A stretch of 64,000 bases of DNA from an uncultured Rikenellaceae bacterium. GTDB taxonomy: Bacteria; Bacteroidota; Bacteroidia; Bacteroidales; Rikenellaceae. The position numbers were made by a program, and so were the translations under genes. The stretch lies in the NCBI GenBank assembly GCA_944321925.1, contig CALUND010000018.1, forward strand, positions 43,555 through 107,554. The letters are read 5' to 3'. This document shows, piece after piece, positions 28,434 through 38,700 of the stretch (within the stretch, counting starts at the first letter, position 1; every line of letters starts with the position of its first letter). The notes beneath the pieces are model-generated. The model saw only the letters and a list, made by a program, of their open reading frames with translations, ran no database searches and had not been told where the DNA came from.

Positions 28434-29993
28434 ATGGACGGAAAGAAAAACACAGGGTTCAAGCTAAGCGTGATGACGCTCGCCATCATGAACATCACCG
28501 CCGTAGTAAGTCTGCGCGGACTTCCGGCAGAAGCGGTCTACGGTCCCGCCTCCGCCTTTTACTACCTGTTTGCAGCCATTGTCTTCCTGATTCCTACCGC
28601 ACTGGTCGCAGCCGAATTGGCGGCCATGTTCTCCGACAAGCAGGGAGGCGTGTTCCGCTGGGTCGGCGAAGCGATGGGACCCCGCACGGGATTTCTCGCC
28701 ATCTGGCTGCAGTGGATCGAGAGTACGATCTGGTACCCGACCGTACTGACCTTCGGTGCGGTGTCGATCGCCTTCATCGGCATGAACACCTCGCACGACA
28801 TGCTTCTGGCATCGAATAAGATTTTCACCCTTGTCATGGTGCTCGTCATCTACTGGGCCGCCACCTTCATCGCCCTGAAAGGCATCGACTGGGTCGGCAA
28901 GATTGCCAAAATCGGAGGTCTGGTCGGCACGATCATTCCGGCCGGGCTGCTGATTCTGCTCGGCATCATCTACATCGCCTCCGGCGGCCACAACAACATG
29001 GACATGAGCCAGGGATTCTTCCCCGACCTGTCCAACTTCGACAATCTTGTGCTGGCATCGAGTATCTTTCTTTTCTACGCCGGCATGGAGATGATGGGCA
29101 TCCACGTGATGGATGTCAACAATCCGAAGAAAAACTATCCGAAAGCGATCCTCATCGGTTCGCTCATCACGGTCCTGATCTTCGTGCTCGGAACTTTCTC
29201 CCTGGGATTCATCATTCCGGCGAAAGACATCAATCTGACGCAGAGTCTGCTGATCGGATTCGACAACTATTTCCAATACCTGCGCATGAGCTGGGCTTCG
29301 CCCATCATCGCCGTCGCCCTGATGTTCGGCGTACTGGCCGGCGTATTGACCTGGGTATCGGGTCCATCGAAAGGTATTTTCGCCGTGGGCAAAGCGGGCT
29401 ACCTGCCTCCTTTCTTCCAGAAGACCAACAAACTCGGCATTCAGCGCAACATCCTGCTCATCCAGGGCGGTATCGTAACCCTGCTCAGCCTCCTGTTCGT
29501 CGTGATGCCCTCCGTGCAGTCTTTCTACCAGATTCTTTCGCAACTAACGGTACTGCTCTACCTGATCATGTACCTGCTTATGTTCGCCTCGGCCATCGTG
29601 CTGCGCTATAAAATGAAAGACACCGAGCGACCGTTCCGCATCGGTAAAGGAAACGGACTCATGTGGCTCGTCGCCGGACTCGGATTCTGCGGTTCGCTGC
29701 TCGCCTTCATCCTGAGCTTCATCCCTCCCGGACAGATCGCCACCGGAAGCCATATGGTTTGGTTCTCCGTCCTCATTATCGGATGTATCGTCGTGGTGAT
29801 CATCCCGTATATCATCTACGCGTCGCGCAAACCCTCCTGGCAGGACCCCGATGCAGCGGCCCATTTCGCCCCGTTTCATTGGGAAACTCCGGCAAAAAGT
29901 ACAACCGCAACCGCTCAACCAGCGACACAAACCTCCACTGCGGCGCCCTCTCCGAAACCGGACAAACCGGGAAAACCAATGTCTAATCGTTAA
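28434..29993 (+). CDS. APC-superfamily amino-acid antiporter, GadC-like (glutamate/glutamine:GABA-type exchanger)
   Basis: 519 aa with about 12 TM helices. N-terminus KLSVMTLAIMNITAVVSLRGLPAEAVYG resembles GadC-type antiporters. Hydrophilic Pro/Thr/Lys-rich C-terminal tail. Confidence 0.8.
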   Translation: MDGKKNTGFKLSVMTLAIMNITAVVSLRGLPAEAVYGPASAFYYLFAAIVFLIPTALVAAELAAMFSDKQGGVFRWVGEAMGPRTGFLAIWLQWIESTIWYPTVLTFGAVSIAFIGMNTSHDMLLASNKIFTLVMVLVIYWAATFIALKGIDWVGKIAKIGGLVGTIIPAGLLILLGIIYIASGGHNNMDMSQGFFPDLSNFDNLVLASSIFLFYAGMEMMGIHVMDVNNPKKNYPKAILIGSLITVLIFVLGTFSLGFIIPAKDINLTQSLLIGFDNYFQYLRMSWASPIIAVALMFGVLAGVLTWVSGPSKGIFAVGKAGYLPPFFQKTNKLGIQRNILLIQGGIVTLLSLLFVVMPSVQSFYQILSQLTVLLYLIMYLLMFASAIVLRYKMKDTERPFRIGKGNGLMWLVAGLGFCGSLLAFILSFIPPGQIATGSHMVWFSVLIIGCIVVVIIPYIIYASRKPSWQDPDAAAHFAPFHWETPAKSTTATAQPATQTSTAAPSPKPDKPGKPMSNR

Positions 29994-30005
29994 ATCCTCG
30001 CGACC

Positions 30006-31004
30006 ATGATTCATCGCATCTCCAAACAACAGGTCAAAGAGGCCGTTCAGGAGGCCTACGACAAGGTAAAAGGCATGACAGGCGGTGCAAACGCCAACTA
30101 CATCCCCTACCTGGCGAATATAGATCCCAATCTCTTCGGCATCTCGGTCGCCCTGCCCGACGGCGAAGTGATCGAAGCGGGCGATACGGAATATGCCTTC
30201 GGCATCGAATCGGTATCCAAAGTCCCGACGGCCCTTCTGGTGATGAAGCAGTACGGTGCAAACGAGCTGCTGTCGAAGATCGGCGCCGATGCGACCGGCC
30301 TCCCCTTCAATTCGATCTTCGCCATCCTGCTCGAAAACGACCATCCCTCCACACCCCTCGTCAATGCGGGGGCCATCGCGGCAGACAGCATGGTCAAACC
30401 CATAGGGAACAGTTTCGGCAAATGGAAAGCCATCACTTCTTTTCTCGAGGAGTTGTGCGGTTCTCCGCTGAACCTAATCAACGAACTCTATAAATCGGAA
30501 TCCGAGACCAATTTCAACAACCGTTCGATCGCCTGGCTGCTGAAAAATTACGGACGCATCTACGACGACGTGGAGATGTCGCTCGATCTCTATACCCGTC
30601 AATGTTCGATGGGCGTCACAGCCAAACAGCTCTCGATTGCCGGTGCGACGATCGCCTGCGACGGTCGGAATCCGGTAACCGGGAAACAAGTCTTTCCGGC
30701 GGGACTTACGCCGCAAATCGTATCGCTGATCGCCACGGTCGGTTTCTACGAACACACGGGAGACTGGCTTTTCACCTCCGGCATACCGGCCAAGACAGGT
30801 GTCGGCGGAGGCATTGTAGGCGTTCTGCCCGGGGTGATGGGCATTGCGGCATTCGCGCCGCCGCTCGACGATGCAGGGAACAGCGTAAAAGCGCAGGCCG
30901 CCATCAAATACATCGTCAACAAACTCGGGCTCAACATATTCAGCGACAAACACGCAACGATCGAGACCGTCGATCGAAAACAGACAGAACAAGCAATGGC
31001 ATAG
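30006..31004 (+). CDS. glsA: Glutaminase A
   Basis: 332 aa. Serine-beta-lactamase-fold glutaminase motifs: IESVSKVPTAL (S-x-x-K), NAGAI, GIPAKTGVGGGIVGVLPG. Confidence 0.92.
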   Translation: MIHRISKQQVKEAVQEAYDKVKGMTGGANANYIPYLANIDPNLFGISVALPDGEVIEAGDTEYAFGIESVSKVPTALLVMKQYGANELLSKIGADATGLPFNSIFAILLENDHPSTPLVNAGAIAADSMVKPIGNSFGKWKAITSFLEELCGSPLNLINELYKSESETNFNNRSIAWLLKNYGRIYDDVEMSLDLYTRQCSMGVTAKQLSIAGATIACDGRNPVTGKQVFPAGLTPQIVSLIATVGFYEHTGDWLFTSGIPAKTGVGGGIVGVLPGVMGIAAFAPPLDDAGNSVKAQAAIKYIVNKLGLNIFSDKHATIETVDRKQTEQAMA

Positions 31005-31029
31005 TCGAAATATATAACTCTCTGTGACG

Positions 31030-31067
31030 GGAACAGCCGCCCTTCGTGGACGGCTGTTCCTGTTTTT
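31030..31067 (+). terminator. Intrinsic terminator after glsA
   Basis: GGAACAGCCG (31030-31039) pairs with CGGCTGTTCC (31051-31060), followed by TGTTTTT. Confidence 0.75.
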
Positions 31068-31219
31068 GGAGGTCATCCATCCGCCACGCAACTCAAGAAC
31101 GACCGAATGGCCGTCAATCCGGCACGAAAGGCTTCCGTCCAAACAGTCCGAAGTGCAAAATCCAGGGCTGGCTGTTTATGAAAACAGCGGAATACGCGGT
31201 TCTTCCCCCACTTCGAATG

Positions 31220-32365
31220 TCATTCCAACACCCGGTCGAGCAGGAGTTGGCCATCCACATCGAAAGTCCGGACCCGAATACGGTTTGCCTCCAGATCGAG
31301 CCTCGTAGCGCTCCTGTTACTGTTGATCACCACCGGGAAGAGACGCTCCTCGTCGGGTTCGCGATACGAGAAACGGTGAAGATGCCCCGACACCATCAGA
31401 TCGATCTTCGCACGATTCAAAACGGGAAGCATCTTTCGGTAGAGATCGCGCATACCATGATCCAGATAGCTTTCACGTGCAGCGGGAACGGTCGGGATGT
31501 GGCAAACCACGATGCGGTAACGAGCCTGGCGAAACTCTTTCGTGCGGACCACCCGAGCGAGCCATTCGGCCTGCTCCGTGCGATAGGCATCGAAATCGTT
31601 GAAGCCGGCATAAACCCGGGTCGTATCGGCTTTATCCTCCCCGCAGTCGAGCATAACCACCATCACGTCGCCCCGACGGAAAACGCCGTAGATCCGGTCA
31701 TCCTGCCGCGGGAACAGCTCCAGGAAACGGCGCGCACGATCGCCCCGAGTCTCGTGGTTGCCACGAACCACTTCAAAGGGAATGGAGGTGGCGAAACGAT
31801 GCACACTGGGATCGACAACGACCCGGAACATCGTCGTATCATCGTTCATGTAGTTAACCATGTCCCCGTTGTAAAAGAATGCCGTGCAGGTCGACCAGTC
31901 GGCCCGATCGAGCAATCGGCCAAGTTTCGCGGAGTCCCCATGGATGTCGCTCACAATAAACAGCGATCCACCCTCCGCTTCGGGATCGGCCGTTCGGAAC
32001 GCATACCAGGGACTACGAACCGTATCGCCCAGACGGATGTCGTACGGCTCGAAACGAAGCACCTCCTGCGTGACGATCCGATAGGCATAACGGGTTGCCG
32101 GAGAGAGTCCCTCCAGACGCACAGTATTCATCGTATTGGCGGCATCGCGCAACCCGTTGCGCACCGTATAATGCGCAGAGACGCTCCCGTCGGGACTTCT
32201 CAACTCGATGCACGAAAACCCGGGTGCCGATGTCACGAATGCCACGGTCACCCCTGTTTCGGTCAACTCCTGCAGATAAGGTCCATGCGCCACTCCGTAA
32301 GGCTGAGCCGCCGAAAGGGTAAAAGCACAAAAAATCGCTACGAAAAACAAAAAGAGACGTTTCAT
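31220..32365 (-). CDS. Secreted metallophosphoesterase (purple-acid-phosphatase-like, N-terminal FN3-like domain)
   Basis: 381 aa. Signal peptide MKRLFLFFVAIFCAFTLSAAQ. Calcineurin-like motifs SDIHGD, NGDMVNY, RGNHE, VCHIP, SGHLH. Confidence 0.85.
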   Translation of the reverse strand: MKRLFLFFVAIFCAFTLSAAQPYGVAHGPYLQELTETGVTVAFVTSAPGFSCIELRSPDGSVSAHYTVRNGLRDAANTMNTVRLEGLSPATRYAYRIVTQEVLRFEPYDIRLGDTVRSPWYAFRTADPEAEGGSLFIVSDIHGDSAKLGRLLDRADWSTCTAFFYNGDMVNYMNDDTTMFRVVVDPSVHRFATSIPFEVVRGNHETRGDRARRFLELFPRQDDRIYGVFRRGDVMVVMLDCGEDKADTTRVYAGFNDFDAYRTEQAEWLARVVRTKEFRQARYRIVVCHIPTVPAARESYLDHGMRDLYRKMLPVLNRAKIDLMVSGHLHRFSYREPDEERLFPVVINSNRSATRLDLEANRIRVRTFDVDGQLLLDRVLE

Positions 32366-32390
32366 CGTTCAGTTCCCCTTTGAATTATTT

Positions 32391-32978
32391 TTACCGGATA
32401 CCGCACTGCTCGTGGAGAAATCGGACCAAAGCGGCAACGGCCCGCCCCCGATGGCTGATGGCATTTTTCTCCGCAGCCGTCATCTCGGCGAACGTACACG
32501 ACGCCCCCTCCGGAACGAATACCGGATCGTATCCGAAGCCGCCTGCACCGCTGGGTGTTCGAGTAATTTCACCCTCCACGATTCCCTCAAACGTATACTC
32601 TTCTCCCCGCCAGATGAGAGCGATCACCGTGCGGAAGCGTGCCCGACGATCCGTAACGCCCTCCATGTTGTGAAGCAACAGCCGAAGATTCGCATCGAAA
32701 TCGTGACCCTCCGTGGCGTATCGGGCCGAACGAACGCCCGGAGCTCCTCCGAGAGCCGCCACCTCCAATCCCGTATCGTCGGCAAAACAGTCCAGTCCGG
32801 TCCGCTCATGCACATAGCGCGCCTTCTGCAGGGCATTCCCCTCGATGGTCGGCTGCGTCTCGGGAATCTCCTCCGTAACACCCGCTTCGCGGGGTGTAAT
32901 CAACGAAAAGCCATTGCCCAGCATGCTCGAAACCTCGGCAATCTTATGAGCATTGTTGGTCGCAAAAAGAATTTTCAT
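32391..32978 (-). CDS. rdgB: Non-canonical purine NTP pyrophosphatase (RdgB/HAM1 family)
   Basis: 195 aa. Motifs KILFATNNAHKIAEV, ADDTGLEV, GFGYDPVF. The start overlaps the stop of the upstream HAD gene by 4 nt. Confidence 0.92.
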   Translation of the reverse strand: MKILFATNNAHKIAEVSSMLGNGFSLITPREAGVTEEIPETQPTIEGNALQKARYVHERTGLDCFADDTGLEVAALGGAPGVRSARYATEGHDFDANLRLLLHNMEGVTDRRARFRTVIALIWRGEEYTFEGIVEGEITRTPSGAGGFGYDPVFVPEGASCTFAEMTAAEKNAISHRGRAVAALVRFLHEQCGIR

Positions 32979-33820
32979 GCTTCGAGTGTTTCAAGTTGAG
33001 CGAGTTGGTAATCGGCATTGATCTTATCGATGATCGCCTTGACGAGCGTATCGATCTCCTTCCCTTCGGAATAGTCTGCCGGACAGACCGCATTGACACG
33101 ATTCTCCCGGACCAACGTGTAACGATCCTGCATCTCTTCGATCGATTCGGGATCGTAGACAGCGATCGAATGGCCGCCCGACGCCTTCACCAGCCGCATG
33201 CACGGGATGTCGGTCGTACCGTCCCCGAAATAGATCATGTGTTTGAACGGTACAGGCCGTTTATTCTCCTCGATATAGCGGTTAACGGCCTTCCCGTCAT
33301 AGACCGACTCGACCCCCTTGTTGATCTTGAAAATGAACTGCGTCTTGTTGGTATAGTTCACCGCCACCGCCGGCCAATAGGCCACGCCGTCGACATCGTA
33401 AAGAAACGAACAGGCATAAATCTTCTTGAACTCCTTGGCTATCGGTGTCCCTTCGATGATCTCTTTGATGCCCGACGAGTTGATGTAGTGCAATATGCGA
33501 ATGCCCCGCTTCTCCCCGTAGCGGTTGATTCGGCCGAACCACTCCCGTACGCCATGGAAAAACGTGATGTTCTTACCCGACTCCTGAAAAGCCTCGCGTT
33601 TGAGCGACAACCCCTTGCTGCGAGCCTCATGGATCATCTTCGCCATGTAGGTAAGAATCGGATCGGCATCCTGCGCCATGGCGAGTTGCCGGCTGTCGTC
33701 CCAGAACTCCTTGTTGCTTTTCCCCACCGTAGGGATGAAATCGTACTCCTGCATGTTCCCAGGAGAGAGCGTGCCGTCGAAATCGTAGATGAGCGCGACG
33801 GTCAATTTATAATCTTTCAT
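32975..33820 (-). CDS. HAD-superfamily hydrolase
   Basis: 281 aa. Motif I, YDFDGTL. Later FGDGTTDIP (motif IV-like). Confidence 0.8.
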   Translation of the reverse strand: MKDYKLTVALIYDFDGTLSPGNMQEYDFIPTVGKSNKEFWDDSRQLAMAQDADPILTYMAKMIHEARSKGLSLKREAFQESGKNITFFHGVREWFGRINRYGEKRGIRILHYINSSGIKEIIEGTPIAKEFKKIYACSFLYDVDGVAYWPAVAVNYTNKTQFIFKINKGVESVYDGKAVNRYIEENKRPVPFKHMIYFGDGTTDIPCMRLVKASGGHSIAVYDPESIEEMQDRYTLVRENRVNAVCPADYSEGKEIDTLVKAIIDKINADYQLAQLETLEA

Positions 33821-33887
33821 AAGCAGCGCAGATTAAACCGTATTGGACCGGTACAAAAACAAAGGTATAAATTTTGCCCGATTTCGT

Positions 33888-33895
33888 TATCTTTG
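33888..33895 (+). promoter_or_regulatory. -7 promoter box (TATCTTTG) upstream of the nitroreductase gene
   Basis: Exact TAnnTTTG match, 24 nt upstream of the ATG at 33920. Confidence 0.45.
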
Positions 33896-33919
33896 CAAAT
33901 AGATAAACTTTTTCAAATC

Positions 33920-34447
33920 ATGACTTTTACCGAAATTCTCAACCGGCGTCGAAGCATCCGCCGATTCACCTCGCAAAAAATCGACCGGAACCTCATAGAT
34001 CGACTCCTCAAAGCCGCTTTCACGGCACCCTCCTCGAAAAATACCCGCTCCACCCGCTTCATGGTGGTGGAGAACCCCGATCTGTTGGCCCGCATCGCAG
34101 AAATGCGCGATTTCGGTTCGGCCTTCGTAAAAGATGCTCCGCTGGCGATCGTCGTCCTGGGCGACACTTCGGCAACCGACCTCTGGGTAGACAACTGCGC
34201 CATCTCGGCCACCATCCTCCAGCTGGCTGCTGTGGACGAAGGATTGGGCTCCTGCTGGGTCCATGTGAACGGACGACCCCGGAAACGCGAAGAACCCGAT
34301 GGCGAAACGGCAACCGAATGGTTACGGGAGATCTTGCCCATTCCGGAGAATTGGCAACCCCTGTGTGTCATTGCACTGGGGTATCCGGACGGAGAGATAA
34401 AACCCCATTCCGAGAAAAACGACCTCGAACAGGTGATTCGTCTCTGA
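33920..34447 (+). CDS. Nitroreductase-family protein
   Basis: This is the C-terminal part of track ORF 32996..34447. The real start is 33920 (MTFTEILNRRRSIRRFT...), since the upstream part of that ORF is antisense to the HAD gene. Motifs RRSIRRF and PSSKNTR. About 175 aa. Confidence 0.88.
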   Translation: MTFTEILNRRRSIRRFTSQKIDRNLIDRLLKAAFTAPSSKNTRSTRFMVVENPDLLARIAEMRDFGSAFVKDAPLAIVVLGDTSATDLWVDNCAISATILQLAAVDEGLGSCWVHVNGRPRKREEPDGETATEWLREILPIPENWQPLCVIALGYPDGEIKPHSEKNDLEQVIRL

Positions 34448-34493
34448 GCAGAACCGGTCCCCCAAAAGAAGGGCTAAAAAACAGAATGATAAC

Positions 34494-35381
34494 TTACGAG
34501 GCGGCCTCCACCGGCTCTTTCTCCCGATAGTGCCGCTCCACACGGGCTGCAATGGCAATGCTGCACTCATACAGACCGTAAAGCGGCAACGTAACCAACA
34601 CGAGGCTGAAGATATCCGGCGGAGTAATAATACCGGCAATGACGGCCAGCACCACGAGGGCGTGGCGGCGATAACGCTTCAAAAAAGCGGAAGAGATGAT
34701 TCCGATGCGCGTCAGGAAATAGATGAGCAGCGGCAATTGAAAAACGACCGCACAAGCGATCGAGACTCCGATCACGGTTGAAAAATAGTCGTTCACATCG
34801 ATCATGTTGGTAATAAACTCACTGGCGTTGTAATTCGCCAGGAAGTTGATCGACAGCGGGGCGATCACAAAATATCCGAAAAGCAACCCTCCGAAGAAAC
34901 AGAGCGAGACATAAAACACGAACATGCGGGTTCCCGCCTTTTCCCGCTCCGTAAGAGCCGGCTTCACGAATTGCCAGAACTCCCACAGCAGGTAGGGGAT
35001 ACCGAGCACCATCGCCGTAGCGAGCGAAACTCGCAGATGCAGATTGAACTGTCCGGCCAACGAGGTATTAATCGTATTGAAACTCTGCTGATTGATACAG
35101 AGCGTCGTAGGATCCACATACCACTCCGTCCCAAACAGGCCGCCCAACCATGCGCACATGCGAGCGAACAGTTCTCCCAGCCGACACAGGAAACGGCTCG
35201 TGGGGAAATCGGGCGATTGGGGCCCGAATAAAATATGGTCGATGATCAGCCCCTTGCAGCAAAACGCCACAATGCCGATCACCAGAACGGCCACGGCACT
35301 TCTCCAAAGATGGGGCCGCAGGTCGTCGAGGTGTTCAAAAAAAGTCATCTCTTCGGATGACTCTTTCAGCTGTCTGACCAT
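34494..35381 (-). CDS. tatC: Twin-arginine translocase subunit TatC
   Basis: 295 aa with six TM segments. TatC-like N-terminus: MTFFEHLDDLRPHLWRSAVAVLV. Confidence 0.92.
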   Translation of the reverse strand: MVRQLKESSEEMTFFEHLDDLRPHLWRSAVAVLVIGIVAFCCKGLIIDHILFGPQSPDFPTSRFLCRLGELFARMCAWLGGLFGTEWYVDPTTLCINQQSFNTINTSLAGQFNLHLRVSLATAMVLGIPYLLWEFWQFVKPALTEREKAGTRMFVFYVSLCFFGGLLFGYFVIAPLSINFLANYNASEFITNMIDVNDYFSTVIGVSIACAVVFQLPLLIYFLTRIGIISSAFLKRYRRHALVVLAVIAGIITPPDIFSLVLVTLPLYGLYECSIAIAARVERHYREKEPVEAAS

Positions 35382-35403
35382 AACGGAACAGAAATTTCAG
35401 GAA

Positions 35404-35622
35404 TTACTGCTCGATCTCCTTCTTCTCCGTGGATTCGGTTTTCGTCTCTCCGGAGGCTTTGTCTTCCGCGGTATAGTCCTTATTCACGGCATCCTTGAAC
35501 TCCTTCACCCCACGGCCCACACCGCGCATCAGTTCCGGAATCTTCTTCCCGCCAAACAACAGCAGTACCACGACGGCAATCACGATAATCTGCTGAACAC
35601 TCAAAAAACAGGGCAAAAACAT
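35404..35622 (-). CDS. tatA: Twin-arginine translocase subunit TatA/E
   Basis: 72 aa. One TM helix followed by an amphipathic helix: VVVLLLFGGKKIPELMRGVGRGVKEFKDA. Confidence 0.9.
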   Translation of the reverse strand: MFLPCFLSVQQIIVIAVVVLLLFGGKKIPELMRGVGRGVKEFKDAVNKDYTAEDKASGETKTESTEKKEIEQ

Positions 35623-35660
35623 ATGTCGATCTGTTTAAAAGTTTCCATACATTAAACGAA

Positions 35661-35668
35661 CAAATATA
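35661..35668 (-). promoter_or_regulatory. -7 promoter box (TATATTTG on the minus strand) upstream of tatA
   Basis: Plus-strand CAAATATA at 35661-35668, 38 nt upstream of the tatA ATG and downstream of the terminator of the preceding gene. Confidence 0.4.
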
Positions 35669-35689
35669 ACGAATAATATTCGAAATCCC

Positions 35690-35727
35690 AAAAAACAGCA
35701 TGCGGGTCCGCTTTTCGCAGACCCGCA
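35690..35727 (-). terminator. Intrinsic terminator after the HEAT/DUF1080 gene
   Basis: TGCGGGTC (35701-35708) pairs with GACCCGCA (35720-35727). On the minus strand the hairpin is followed by TGCTGTTTTTT (plus-strand A-run 35690-35697). Confidence 0.75.
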
Positions 35728-35751
35728 CGCCAATTGAATTTCGCTATAAGA

Positions 35752-38700
35752 CTATTTGTTGTCTTTGCTCAGATCGAGAATACGGACATTGCGGAAGCGA
35801 ACCCCTGCACCGTGGCCGAGGAATCCGATGTGACCGCTCTTGTTGAACAGACCCGGATGGTTCTTGTGGTCGACCGTCTTGTCGTTCGACTTGGCGCCTT
35901 CGGGAGCCACGTTCTGGCCCTGGCAAGCCTCACGAATGTTTCCGTCAACGATCACCTCGCCATTCACCGTTACCGTGATGTGATCACCCACGGCACGAAT
36001 CTCCATCGTGTTCCAGGTGTTCAGTTCAGGCGATTTGATCCGTTTGGCAGGAATAATACCGTAAACGGAGCCATGAACCTGATACTCGCGCAGATTCTTG
36101 TAAACGGGATCGTCATGGTCGAGAATCTGAATCTCCATACCGTAGTAAGCGGCATCCTTGCCCATCGGGGTACGGATACCCACACCGTTGTTCACACCCG
36201 GACGAACAAAGCAGAACTCGAATTTATAGTCGAAATCGCTGTACTCCTTCTTGGTGTAGAGGTTACCGCCATTACCGTATTTGGCCGTCACGTAGATCGT
36301 TCCGTTATCGGTAACGTAATCGGTCGTATTACCGGTCCACTTGTGCATCGAAGTTCCGTCGAAGAGCACTTCATAGCCCGCAGCAGCCTCGTCCTCCGGA
36401 AGAACGAATACCGGAGTGTCGGGCAACTCGTTGATATAAGCGTCACGGAATGCAACGGGAGCATCGCCGGCCAACAATTCGATCTGACCCTTCACATAGG
36501 CGGGAATCGTATTGTCGAGAGCATTCTCCAGGATCACGTTGTCGGTTACGGTCTCGCCATTGAGCTGTACGGTCACGCGGTCGTCAACGACCTTCATGTA
36601 GAACGAGTTCCACTCGCCCGGTTTGTTGTCGGCCACCTTGCTCGGCGTATTGGCGCCATTGACGTTGCCGCTGAGGGCACCCGATCCGGCAGCACCGCCG
36701 ATCTTGACCTGCGGAATCGAACGAACGGCAATACCAGCCTCGCCCGTGGTCTTCCAATCGATGTAGAGTTCGAAGTTGCCGTACTCCTTATCGGTTCCGA
36801 TCGCCTTAACAACAGCCGGAGCACCTACATACTCGACGCCGTTAGCCGTTGCTTTCCAGCACTGACCGACAGCCTCGGCAGCTTCGGTTTCCTTCTGTGC
36901 AAGCTGTTTGGCCGTCGTACGTTTTGCCTGCATCTTGGCCTTCTCTACCGGATTGGCCACAACAGGGCTCCAATCGGCCAGGTCTTTTCCGTTGAACAAT
37001 GCATAGAAGCCTTTGCCTTCGGGAAGCGCTGCGAGATGCTTCTTCAACGAAGTAACCTTGTAGACAGCATCCGAGTCGTTGAGCACGCTCATTACCTTAT
37101 TCAACATGGCGACAACCGTCTCTCCGTAGAATTCGGGATGTTTCTGAGCGATGGTCATAACCGTATTGGCAGCAGCCTGTGCCGTAGCGGCATTGTCCAT
37201 ATAGGGAGCAGCTACCATCATCGCCTGGAAGGTATTGGTCTTGGCCAGTTGGGTAAGGAACTGGCTTTTCAGCTTGTCGTTCGTAGCGAGCTCGAGGCCC
37301 TTACGGAGCTGTTGGTATTTCTCTACGCCCGTCAACGTCTGGGAATCTACAACGAGACGTCCGAAACGGTTCAGAATCTTATTCGCGTTCGTTGCGTCTT
37401 TTTCAGCGATACCGTAAAGGATGTCGATCATCGTTTCGTTGTCGATCGAGAGCAATGCATTCAATGCGATGGTCTTGTCATCGCCCGTAGCAGCCTCATA
37501 GCCCTTCACGATCTCTGCGATCGCCTGGTCGTTACCGGCCTGAGCGAGTACCGGATAATAGAGCGCCTTTTTACCTGCGGGAGCCGTCGAGAGACGAGCC
37601 ATCACGGTGCTTACCTGCTGATCGGGGGTCATTTCGAGAAGAGCCGACTTCATTCCGGCCTGAATATCGCCAATCGCATCAGCCGAAGCCTGCTCGAGCA
37701 TGTTGCTCAACTGATCGAAATCGTCCGGAGTAGCGGTTCCCGAGATAGCTTTCATGGCAGCGGCTTTTACAGTCGCATTGTCCGAAGCGATCAACCCGAA
37801 TACCTTTGCAGAAGCAGCTTTCACACGACGAACACGAAGGATGTCGAGCGCAGCCACCTGACTCTGTGCATTTCCGTCGAGCGCCGCAATCAAACCGGGA
37901 TTCGGATCGCCGTTGAATGCGAGAAGCGCCTCTTTCGCAGCGTCGCTCTGATCCGTACCGAGAGCAGTAACCAGTGCATTCAGTGCGGTTTCACCACCGA
38001 TACGACCGGCAGCTTCGATAGCGGCATCAGCCAGCAAAACATTTTCGTCACCGATAGCCGAAACGACCAGATCGATCTGAGAAGCAGCATGGCTGGCTCC
38101 CAACCAATTGATGATATCGATCTTGGCCTCATCGGAAGCCGATTTGTATTTTTTGGCCACAGCTGCATAAACCTCATCGTCTACGAAAGGTTCCGTAGCC
38201 AACAGAGCAGCGTAACGGTAAGCCTTGTCCGGACTCTTCAGAGCGGCAAGTACTTGCGGCATGGCATCTTTCCCCTGGGCCCGAACGAGCACGCTCAGTC
38301 CATCGCTCTTGATGTTCGAACGATCCGATTTCAGAAGCGCTTTTGCAGCTGCAACGGCACTCTTCTGGTCGCCCTGCTCAACCAACCGGTTCAACAAAGC
38401 CACGTAAGCACCTGTCGCATCCGTTGCCTCGAAAGCGTATCCGACTGCTTTCGCTGCATCGGCCAACGTTTTCAGAGAAGCGACGGTTCCGGTTTTGCTC
38501 AAGGCATAATAGATCTGTGCTTTCTGTGCATCGTCCGCCTCGGGAAGCCATGCCAGCAGATAGCTCTCCGCACCGTCAACGCCTTTTTCCGCAACGGCAT
38601 ATGCCAATGCAGCACGACTTGCGCCATCGTTTTTCACCAGGTCCAGAATCACCTCTTCCGTTCCGGGAGTGGAGATCAGACCGCGGATCGCATAGTCGGC

